Source: a virus (taxonomy: Duplodnaviria; Caudoviricetes). Taken from it: DNA of 29,592 nt. Position numbers and translations under genes: made by a program. The stretch covers positions 1-29,592 of the IMG/VR virus record IMGVR_UViG_3300028607_000629. One strand, written 5' to 3'. The notes under the pieces are model-generated. The model was not told the DNA's origin and searched no databases. It worked only from the letters and a program-made list of their open reading frames with translations. Numbering within the stretch: the stretch's first letter is position 1; every line of letters starts with the position of its first letter. Of this stretch, positions 1 through 7,471 are shown piece after piece.

Positions 1-2
1 AG

Positions 3-146
3 AAACACCCAATATTTGAATCATTCAAAGATGGAATGGCTAAGTTGAACGATATAGGAATACCTTGTTTCAAATATATAGTTAGTGCAAAATCAGATTC
101 AGAAATGGTATATAGAGGCGTGGCAACAATGATAGAGGACTATTAG
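3..146 (+). CDS. 3' end of a gene truncated by the window edge; putative small Ras/Arf/Rab-like GTPase
   Basis: Open frame KHPIFESFKDGMAKLNDIGIPCFKYIVSAKSDSEMVYRGVATMIEDY* ends at TAG 144-146. A beta-strand + SAK + final helix resembles the G5 motif and alpha5 of small GTPases. G1-G4 lie outside the window. Confidence 0.5.
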   Translation, partial: KHPIFESFKDGMAKLNDIGIPCFKYIVSAKSDSEMVYRGVATMIEDY

Positions 147-821
147 ATGAGTATGCAATATTCGCCTCCCTCTTTAATTGGTGCTACTACTAGCACAGCA
201 GCCAATCCATTTTTACCTCCAATTAAGTTTGCTCGCGCTGCTGGTGGAATAATGAATTATGATTATAAGAGCACCAAACCCAGGAAACAAATAAAGGAAT
301 TGATTAATATTCTTTGGCCAGAAAAGAAGTCATTCCTTAAGATGCCTTATGGATTCAAATTCAATACTAAAGATAGATGTGTAGTTTGTGGAACCCATAA
401 GATATGGGAAGCAAATGACCCAATGAGACCAACTATTCCTTTACACAAAGTTAGAAAGGGTTATCCAATGAGAGGGAATTATTGTGAGAAACACTCAGGT
501 TTACACCGACAATATGAAATGTTGGAGCAACACATGATAGCAGAAGAACACGGGTTAGAATTTAGAACATTCCTTCCTACACCCAGAATACCCAAATTAT
601 TACAATCAGCACCGCTAACTTCATTAAGGCAATCCGACATCGAAGCATTGAGTGAGGTGGGCTGGACAATTAGACCCCCAACAATGCAATCAGAAACATT
701 AGAAGATGAAATGTTTAGGTTAACTATTGAGAGTCAATCTATCAATAAAAGGGTTCTGAAACTAATTACAGATGGAGCAGAAATAATTCCACAAACAATA
801 GAAGAAAAAGAGGTAGAATAA
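147..821 (+). CDS. Hypothetical protein with putative C3H zinc-binding domain (224 aa)
   Basis: CVVC (378-389) ... YCEKH (480-494). ATG directly follows the upstream stop; helical, acidic C-terminus. Confidence 0.8.
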   Translation: MSMQYSPPSLIGATTSTAANPFLPPIKFARAAGGIMNYDYKSTKPRKQIKELINILWPEKKSFLKMPYGFKFNTKDRCVVCGTHKIWEANDPMRPTIPLHKVRKGYPMRGNYCEKHSGLHRQYEMLEQHMIAEEHGLEFRTFLPTPRIPKLLQSAPLTSLRQSDIEALSEVGWTIRPPTMQSETLEDEMFRLTIESQSINKRVLKLITDGAEIIPQTIEEKEVE

Positions 822-822
822 T

Positions 823-1524
823 ATGGCATGGAGAACAAGTAATAGTTCAATATCTAGTCAGATAACGACACAAGGACAAGCAGATTTTAAGGTGATGAAT
901 AATCTTCTAACTCTGCAAGAGAATCATGTGGAAGAGTTCTTTCAGTATCATGGAGAGCAATTCTTTGGTTCACTAGAAAAATTAATGGAAGATGTTATTG
1001 AAAGAGTAGTCAGCCAAATGTTGGTTAAATTGAAATTCGTATCTAATTCTAACGGAGAAATATCTGTGCATTCAGATGCTTTGAGAGAATACGAAAGCAT
1101 TACTGCTGAAAACATTACATTAGATATACAAATGCTTTTAGCATCGGCACTTAATACGGAAGTTATAATGCAAAGAAAGATGGCTAAACAACAATATTTA
1201 GAGGCTCAGGGGTTCACATCATCATCTATTCCTCAACAACAATCTATGCAACAACAATTTATGCCAAATCAACAAGGTATGAATCCTATGGATATTCAAG
1301 GGGGCAATCCAAGTGTCGCTGCTAACAATATGATGATGCAACAACAACAAGCATTTAACAATCAAAGCGGATACCCTGTTCCACCGGCAGGAACAGATAC
1401 AATGGGGAATCCTTATTGGGTTGACCCTATGACGGGACAAGCAACATATACCCCACCAACTAGCGGATTGGGTCTAGGTAACGCCATTAGTAAAGGATTG
1501 GCCTGGGCTTCTTGGTTAGCATGA
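823..1524 (+). CDS. Hypothetical protein: helical N-terminus, Gln/Met/Asn-rich linker, WW-like motif, amphipathic C-terminal helix (233 aa)
   Basis: RBS GAGGT at ~810. Low-complexity QQQSMQQQFMPNQQGMNPM stretch, then GNPYWVDPMTGQATYTPP, ending GLGLGNAISKGLAWASWLA. Confidence 0.8.
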   Translation: MAWRTSNSSISSQITTQGQADFKVMNNLLTLQENHVEEFFQYHGEQFFGSLEKLMEDVIERVVSQMLVKLKFVSNSNGEISVHSDALREYESITAENITLDIQMLLASALNTEVIMQRKMAKQQYLEAQGFTSSSIPQQQSMQQQFMPNQQGMNPMDIQGGNPSVAANNMMMQQQQAFNNQSGYPVPPAGTDTMGNPYWVDPMTGQATYTPPTSGLGLGNAISKGLAWASWLA

Positions 1525-1534
1525 GTGGAGTAAT

Positions 1535-3433
1535 ATGGACATTAAAATACCCAAGTCCTTTACGGTTAAAAGCCGCCCCTATACTATAGGGGAGTCCGAC
1601 TTGGAATTGAATGATGAAGACCTAGTGGGACCACCATCTAAACACCCATTATTTGTCTATATGCTCAAATATCTAATGGCCCCAATGGATGAGGGGTTAT
1701 CAGACATATCAAGGAGCATGAAGATTTTACTTCAACCTAAAGTATTGGATAAAGTTGCAAAGTATACACATGATATGGAAGTGGATGAAGAGGAATACAT
1801 TAGACATATTGAGTTTGCCTGGAAGGAAATACATGAGGCAATTATGTATTCAAAGTCTGAAACAAAAGATTCTCAGGGAAAATCATTAGACCCCCAACAA
1901 TTTGTTGAGGAAGGACTATTACATGTTTTAGAGAAACAAAACTGGATTCCTAAACAAGATAAAGAAGTAATAATTAATATTAGAAGAAATATGCCGGAAA
2001 GGGGTAGAGCATCTCAATTCAATGATATATTAGATACTGTGGATGCTACTACTGGAAGGCCAAGTATAGGTAGAATTGGACAGCAAAAAATTATGGGATA
2101 TAGACAGGGTGAACGGTCAGCAAAGTTGTATAATGCAGCATTAAGTAAAAGCCCATTTAAACCTGTTCTTGAAATATTGAAAAGAGTTGAAGAGCATCCT
2201 GGCGGAAAAGACACCACATTAGGAAAGATAAAGAATACAGTAATAATTGAATATATTCATCATGCTAAAACTAGAAGAATGGAAGGCAGAGATATATTAG
2301 ATATGAGACAAATAACTATTCATTTTGATGAAGCATTTGAAATTCTTCGTAAAGAATATGGAATGAATATGAAAGCATCAATACAAGATAAATCCGAAGA
2401 AGATGAAACAATTGAAAATAGTGATGTATTGGAAAAATGGGAGGCATTGATTGACCAAGATTCAGAAGGATTACCCACCCGACAGTTTCCAATAGGAGAC
2501 ATAACTCCAGATGCAAGGTATATTAGTTGGAAAAGGAAAAATTGGGATGTAGATGTATCTGCTATTCAGGATTTAACAGATAAAGAGAAATATTATCTGA
2601 GAAGAATTAATATTAAACTAGAGTGGGAAAAGCAGTTAGATAGTGAATCTGTCGATGAAGAATTAATTATCTATCTATATCTTTATAGAGTTATAGATAA
2701 AGACAAAATGAAGAGTTATCTACTACAAAATAGTAAAGGGAATTTCCTAGAGAAATATGGAGAGAGTCATTTTGATTATACTAATGAAGAGTTTGAGTTA
2801 ATTGGCAAATTATTAGATGGTAAAGAAAATAAGGACGCTCTTGAAACTAAATTGATACAAGAATATAAAATACAAGGAATGTCTAAAATAGCAGAGAAAG
2901 AGGCCAAAAGACTTAGACAAGAAAGTAGACCTCTTATTCAGGGATTTCCAGGTGGACAGTTTGCGGAACATAAATTATTTGATGATATAGATAAACCTGA
3001 CCTTAGCAAAATAGACTTAGCAAATGTGCGTTCAAGTGAATTTAGAGAAGAATTAAATAAAGCAATTACTCCTGGTATTGCACATGGAGGGGAAGGAAAA
3101 CTAACATTTACTATGGGAGCCCCTAAAGGAAAGGATTCTGGAGGGCATCTTTTATTGGCGGTTAAATTCACAGCACATAATCCACTAAAATATTCTGATT
3201 ATTATGCTAAAACAGGTTCAGTATATGGTAAATGGACACCAGGAGAAAGCGAAAGAGGAAAGTTTATTCCTTCGGGTTATGATGAACCACGCAAAAGGAG
3301 GCCCAAGCCTGATAGAGCACCAGAAGGAGGACAAACATTGTGGATTGATAGCATACCAAATGCTACCATGTTCTTATTTTATCTAAAAAAGCAACTTATG
3401 AGATTACAGAAAATGGTGAAAAATTATGTCTAA
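1535..3433 (+). CDS. Large charged hypothetical protein (632 aa), function not recognised
   Basis: Long ORF with GGAG RBS at 1527-1530; K/E/D-rich; overlaps the next gene by 8 nt. Confidence 0.8.
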   Translation: MDIKIPKSFTVKSRPYTIGESDLELNDEDLVGPPSKHPLFVYMLKYLMAPMDEGLSDISRSMKILLQPKVLDKVAKYTHDMEVDEEEYIRHIEFAWKEIHEAIMYSKSETKDSQGKSLDPQQFVEEGLLHVLEKQNWIPKQDKEVIINIRRNMPERGRASQFNDILDTVDATTGRPSIGRIGQQKIMGYRQGERSAKLYNAALSKSPFKPVLEILKRVEEHPGGKDTTLGKIKNTVIIEYIHHAKTRRMEGRDILDMRQITIHFDEAFEILRKEYGMNMKASIQDKSEEDETIENSDVLEKWEALIDQDSEGLPTRQFPIGDITPDARYISWKRKNWDVDVSAIQDLTDKEKYYLRRINIKLEWEKQLDSESVDEELIIYLYLYRVIDKDKMKSYLLQNSKGNFLEKYGESHFDYTNEEFELIGKLLDGKENKDALETKLIQEYKIQGMSKIAEKEAKRLRQESRPLIQGFPGGQFAEHKLFDDIDKPDLSKIDLANVRSSEFREELNKAITPGIAHGGEGKLTFTMGAPKGKDSGGHLLLAVKFTAHNPLKYSDYYAKTGSVYGKWTPGESERGKFIPSGYDEPRKRRPKPDRAPEGGQTLWIDSIPNATMFLFYLKKQLMRLQKMVKNYV

Positions 3434-4550
3434 ACTAAAGTCTGAAAGTGATTTTACTGGCATTAACCCAGATTATATAAAAGGAAGGGGTTACTATACA
3501 AACCATGTTGATGTGTCTGATTTACTTCAAATCAGTCCATTTACAGATGCAGATGGAGATGGTGATATTTCATATTTCACTGAAACATCTACACCATCAA
3601 AAGAGATGGTAGGAAAAATAATAAAGACTGTAGAGGGAAAAATAGATGGATGGATTAAATATACATTTAGACCTGAAATAGTGGAGAAAGAAATACATGA
3701 TTTTGAATCAGGTAGATTAGTTATTTATCCTGCTACTCATTGGAAAGATTATATTGGATTCATACAATGTGATACTAGAAAGATTAGGAAGATGATAAGA
3801 TTAGAAGTGTATCAAGGTGATGATTGGACAGACCTTGCTTCGGCTAGTGTTAGTTATTCACCTCCAGATTCGGCCATATCGGAAACTTATACACTAAAAC
3901 TTCTGGTTGCAGGATATACCTTTACCCTAACTAAAGGAACCTCTAATGGTTTTTATGATGTTTTCGGTAGAAAAACAACAGTATCACAAATCAGTGATGC
4001 AATAAATGAAGTATTTCCACACGACACCGCACAGTTTACAGGGGAAACAACGCCTAAAAATACAACAGAAGATGGCGGCATTACTAAGAATATCTCCGAT
4101 TTCTTTTATGCTACCCCATCGGAGAATGATAATTCAGTTGATATTTCTTCCCTGCTACCTTCAGATGCAGGGACAATATGTTCTCTTATTGAAACAATTG
4201 ATGGAACTGCGGTAACTTCTTCCTTTGCAGACAATGAAGATTCTGGAAGAAATGCAGATTGGTGGATGCTTGGAAATCATGGGAAAATATTCTTCAAAAA
4301 GAATTGGCCATTCTTGAAGAATAACTCTATCAGGGTAACTTATCTTTCAGGAGCATCTAGAGTTCCAGCCGAAATACATGAAGCAGCAACTAAATTGGTA
4401 GCGGCAGAGATATTAGTCCATGACGATAACAGCATTATTATTGCTGAAACAGGAGCAAATATTGATTTGAAAACAAAGCATGAGATTCTAACAGAAGAAG
4501 CAAAGCAACTGATTGAAGGTAAAAAGGAACTATTACATCTTATTGATTAG
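3426..4550 (+). CDS. Head-tail adaptor/connector (SPP1 gp15 / HK97 gp6-like) with inserted domain
   Basis: N-terminal helices (VSDLLQI...IIKTVEGKIDGWIKYTFRP) and C-terminal IRVTYLSGASRVPAEIHEAATKLVAAEIL match the adaptor signature VxVTYxxG..VP.dI..A..L. Located before the terminator and tube genes. Confidence 0.75.
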   Translation: MSKLKSESDFTGINPDYIKGRGYYTNHVDVSDLLQISPFTDADGDGDISYFTETSTPSKEMVGKIIKTVEGKIDGWIKYTFRPEIVEKEIHDFESGRLVIYPATHWKDYIGFIQCDTRKIRKMIRLEVYQGDDWTDLASASVSYSPPDSAISETYTLKLLVAGYTFTLTKGTSNGFYDVFGRKTTVSQISDAINEVFPHDTAQFTGETTPKNTTEDGGITKNISDFFYATPSENDNSVDISSLLPSDAGTICSLIETIDGTAVTSSFADNEDSGRNADWWMLGNHGKIFFKKNWPFLKNNSIRVTYLSGASRVPAEIHEAATKLVAAEILVHDDNSIIIAETGANIDLKTKHEILTEEAKQLIEGKKELLHLID

Positions 4551-4562
4551 GTGATATTATGG
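4549..4562 (+). promoter_or_regulatory. Shine-Dalgarno/start region AGGTGATATTATGG (identical copy at 7462-7475)
   Basis: GGTGA core overlaps the upstream stop codon and precedes ATG 4559; the same 14-mer precedes the TMP start at 7472. Confidence 0.7.
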
Positions 4563-4765
4563 TTGAGAAACTTAGAACATTCAAGGAATTTCTCAATAAA
4601 GAGATAGAATTGAATCGTATTCTCAAGGATGCTGGTCTTGGTAATATAGCAATGGAAAGCAGGGAAGCACTTCATGATTCGGCTATGAATAATTATATAA
4701 AATCTACAGAGGAATATGTCTTAAAAATAGCAAAAGATGGAATAGAAGGTTTTCTAAATGGATGA
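4559..4765 (+). CDS. Small hypothetical protein (68 aa), neck region
   Basis: Strong RBS, helical sequence, 8-nt overlap with the next gene. Confidence 0.7.
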   Translation: MVEKLRTFKEFLNKEIELNRILKDAGLGNIAMESREALHDSAMNNYIKSTEEYVLKIAKDGIEGFLNG

Positions 4766-5294
4766 GGTTGAATTTCTAATAAAGTTACTTACTGTTCATT
4801 GGTCAGATGCCAGCACAGTAGCGGCTGGTAAAAAGAATGTTAAACAAGCAAACGGGGGTGCTTGGACATATCAACCTACACCTATATTCATAGACATTCG
4901 TTCATTACAACCAGGAAAAGGTAAAAGAGTAGATTTGGATGACAAGCCAGTAATTATTGTATATGAGGATAGTGCAAGTCTTTCCCATCCAACAATTGAT
5001 AGAGCAGTTAGAAATGAAGAATATAGTTTTACCCTTCATTTGAGAGTATTGCACCGTAGAGACTACACTGAACTAACTTATTCCCGCAGACTACTGCAAG
5101 TTTTATACCAAATGGCGAGGCACATCTTAGAGAAGAACGGGCTTAGGCCAAAGGTTTATGACGATAACAACGATTTAGAAGCCAGCGCGGAATTAATTGA
5201 GATTACAGGCAGAAGTGAGGCTAACGATAGAGGTAAGAAACTATTAGGCTATAAGATGACTGTATCCATGAAACGGTTTGGGAGAACCATATAA
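4758..5294 (+). CDS. Putative tail terminator / tail completion protein
   Basis: 178 aa, directly upstream of the tail tube. Alpha/beta pattern (PVIIVYED...YSFTLHLRV...helix...GYKMTVSMKRF) is typical of gpU/gp17-like proteins. Mostly a positional inference. Confidence 0.6.
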   Translation: MDEVEFLIKLLTVHWSDASTVAAGKKNVKQANGGAWTYQPTPIFIDIRSLQPGKGKRVDLDDKPVIIVYEDSASLSHPTIDRAVRNEEYSFTLHLRVLHRRDYTELTYSRRLLQVLYQMARHILEKNGLRPKVYDDNNDLEASAELIEITGRSEANDRGKKLLGYKMTVSMKRFGRTI

Positions 5295-5310
5295 GTAAGT
5301 AGGTAAGAAC

Positions 5311-6822
5311 ATGGTATTAAACGAAGTATATACAGGAGCAGGGTTATCGGCAACGATGATTCCAGAGACAGAAATAGCCATACATCAAGCGCATCTGATG
5401 GGAACAGTAGAAAATGGCAATAATTTACTAGAAACAACAGATAGCGAGAAAAGTTTGACTTGGGATTTAACAACTGAACCAGCAGCAAATAGATTGGTTG
5501 AAGATATTTACAAGGGTTGCATGGCTAAATTAGATAGGTTTGATTCTTCTGGTGTAGACCAAACTTCATCTCAAACATTGTTAATTATTGGTAATGAAGA
5601 GAATAAACTAGAGTTTGGGCAGGCTTTATCTGGAACTCCTGGTGATTTATACCAATGCACTATTCTAGCATATGGAGCGCCTTTATATGCACCAACTGTA
5701 ACAAACGGGTCAGCCAATCTTTTGGCTGATAATTGGTTGGGACTAGTGAATACCATTTCTCCGCCGACAGTAGAAGCAGAGCCAAAACAACTTAACTTAG
5801 CATTGGGTGGAACAAGAAATTTTGGCTTCCAATTCAAGGGAGCAGAAACTCTTGGAGAAGCATCTATTGATATTTCTTTGAATCATGGTGCTTGGCTTTA
5901 CTATGCACTAGGTAAAATGACCTTTAGTGCAGAACAAGATGGAAGTTTAAATTTAACAAGTAGTGGTAAATTACCTGGATACACTTATTTCCATGCTGCA
6001 AATAACACTTTTCATAGATATGAAGGAGATGCTTGTTTACCCCCACATACTGATACTACTGCTACTAATTATAAGAAGTGGGATGGAAATAAAATAGTCT
6101 ATACAATTACAGAAGCGAATAGTGGAGATTTGCCTTCATTTGCATTGGAAATAACTAATGAAAAAGGAAATACTACCTATGCAAATGATACTGAATTTGA
6201 TGACCATTTCACTAGAATATACACAGGTTGTCAAGTTAATACTTTGACTCTGAATTTTGAGGAAGGACAGGATGTTAAGGCTACAGTTGGAGCAGTTTCT
6301 AGAAAGGCACATGATGCTTCTTCTGCTTATACCCCAAAGAGAAATGTAACTAGTCCTAGTAACTTGTTCAATTATGGAGACGATAATGCTAATAATCCGT
6401 ATATGTTTTCGGATGGAACCATTAAGATATTTGGACAGACAATGGCTAGAATTAAGAGTGGAAGTATAACCATTACAAACAATCTAACGCCTCAGCGTTT
6501 CATAGGTAACTATGATAGAAAAATTACTTCTGCTCATATTGCTGGACAGAGAATGTATGAATTAACTCTAAATCTATTGATTACAGATAGGACTATATGG
6601 GATGAACTTAGGAAACAAAATGAAACCACTGATAGCACAATTGAGATTGAGTTTGCTAAGTCAGATAACGATAAGATAAATCTTAAGTTTGATAACTACC
6701 TAACTACATCTGTTGACATACCATTCCCAGATGATAAGGGGCCACTTGAAGTAAGCATGATTGTTCAACCGAGAACATTAAATGCATGCACATATACAGG
6801 GAAGTGGGTAATACAAGGGTAA
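5311..6822 (+). CDS. Major tail tube protein (503 aa, with insertions)
   Basis: Motifs LPSFALE...RIYTGCQVNTLTLNFEEG, ARIKSGSITITNNLTPQRFIG and GQRMYELTLNL are typical of phage tail tube proteins; followed by chaperone and TMP genes. Confidence 0.8.
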   Translation: MVLNEVYTGAGLSATMIPETEIAIHQAHLMGTVENGNNLLETTDSEKSLTWDLTTEPAANRLVEDIYKGCMAKLDRFDSSGVDQTSSQTLLIIGNEENKLEFGQALSGTPGDLYQCTILAYGAPLYAPTVTNGSANLLADNWLGLVNTISPPTVEAEPKQLNLALGGTRNFGFQFKGAETLGEASIDISLNHGAWLYYALGKMTFSAEQDGSLNLTSSGKLPGYTYFHAANNTFHRYEGDACLPPHTDTTATNYKKWDGNKIVYTITEANSGDLPSFALEITNEKGNTTYANDTEFDDHFTRIYTGCQVNTLTLNFEEGQDVKATVGAVSRKAHDASSAYTPKRNVTSPSNLFNYGDDNANNPYMFSDGTIKIFGQTMARIKSGSITITNNLTPQRFIGNYDRKITSAHIAGQRMYELTLNLLITDRTIWDELRKQNETTDSTIEIEFAKSDNDKINLKFDNYLTTSVDIPFPDDKGPLEVSMIVQPRTLNACTYTGKWVIQG

Positions 6823-6837
6823 GACACACTTTCAATC

Positions 6838-6900
6838 ATTCCACTAACAATCGTTTGTTTGTTAGTAAGGCCCATGTAGGGCCAAAGATGTAGGTGGAAT
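6838..6900 (+). promoter_or_regulatory. Structured intergenic RNA element (three stems) covering the chaperone RBS
   Basis: ACTAACAA 6843-6850 pairs with TTGTTAGT 6859-6866; GGCCC 6869-6873 with GGGCC 6879-6883; ATTCC(AC) 6838-6844 with (GT)GGAAT 6894-6900, overlapping the AGGTGG RBS. Confidence 0.6.
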
Positions 6901-6901
6901 A

Positions 6902-7264
6902 ATGGAAAGACCGTTAGTAAATGATAAGAATGCGCTATTCGCGCGAACAGAAACAGAATGTCATCACTTGAGGGTAAGCCCTGATAGTGATGAATATATG
7001 AAAGTGTGGATTAAAGAACCCACATGGCTCCAAGTGGAGCAGGCACTATCTAGTGTGATGAAACTAGATGCAAAGACGCAAAGCCTTGACTTAGACATGA
7101 ATGAAATGTATAAATTCATGGTCGAGAACTTTGTGGAAAAGACAGAACCCCAACTGTCGGGGTTAGAACTGTTAAGGTTGTCGCCATATGTCGGCGCACA
7201 ACTAAAGGAAGTTCTGCCTAATCCGTTTACGGATTTAATGGGGGCTGACCAGGGAAACGAGTAA
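6902..7264 (+). CDS. Tail assembly chaperone (lambda gpG analogue)
   Basis: 120-aa ORF between tube and TMP, ending ...QGNE* over a slippery heptamer. Confidence 0.8.
   Translation: MERPLVNDKNALFARTETECHHLRVSPDSDEYMKVWIKEPTWLQVEQALSSVMKLDAKTQSLDLDMNEMYKFMVENFVEKTEPQLSGLELLRLSPYVGAQLKEVLPNPFTDLMGADQGNE
7252..7258 (+). promoter_or_regulatory. Programmed -1 ribosomal frameshift site G GGA AAC
   Basis: Canonical X XXY YYZ heptamer in the chaperone frame. The -1 frame is open (RVNYRRALKGTEVKPD...) through the stop at 7465-7467. Confidence 0.85.
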
Positions 7265-7467
7265 ATTACCGTAGGGCTTTGAAAGGAACTGAGGTAAAAC
7301 CGGATATAGCAATGGATGTATTATTATATTCTTATTGCAGTATTTTTCACATAAACCCTTTGGAAGCAAAGCAAACTCCTGTTAGTATTATTCAAAAAAT
7401 GATGCTAATTCATGGAGAAGTTAAGAGAATAGAAACTGAGGAAATACAAAAAACACTTAAGAGGTGA
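7258..7467 (+). CDS. -1 frame extension of the chaperone (gpGT analogue, fusion ~188 aa)
   Basis: Track ORF 7279-7467 starts at TTG without a clear RBS and is in the -1 frame entered at the slippery site. Confidence 0.8.
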   Translation, partial: RVNYRRALKGTEVKPDIAMDVLLYSYCSIFHINPLEAKQTPVSIIQKMMLIHGEVKRIETEEIQKTLKR

Positions 7468-7471
7468 TATT

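Noticed and set aside
144-149. In-frame stop immediately followed by ATG (TAG ATG at 144-149; TGA ATG at 10551-10556) as read-through or recoding
   Set aside because: Both downstream genes have RBS-like sequence inside the upstream gene (GAGG, GGTGA) and all three stop codons end genes elsewhere in the window, so ordinary translational coupling is sufficient.
1535-3433. 632-aa ORF as portal, terminase or major capsid protein
   Set aside because: I see no Walker motifs or recognisable portal/HK97 signatures; left as hypothetical.
6841-6885. Intergenic hairpins as an intrinsic terminator or tRNA
   Set aside because: No U-tract follows either stem, the operon must continue downstream, and there is no cloverleaf with D/T-loop consensus.
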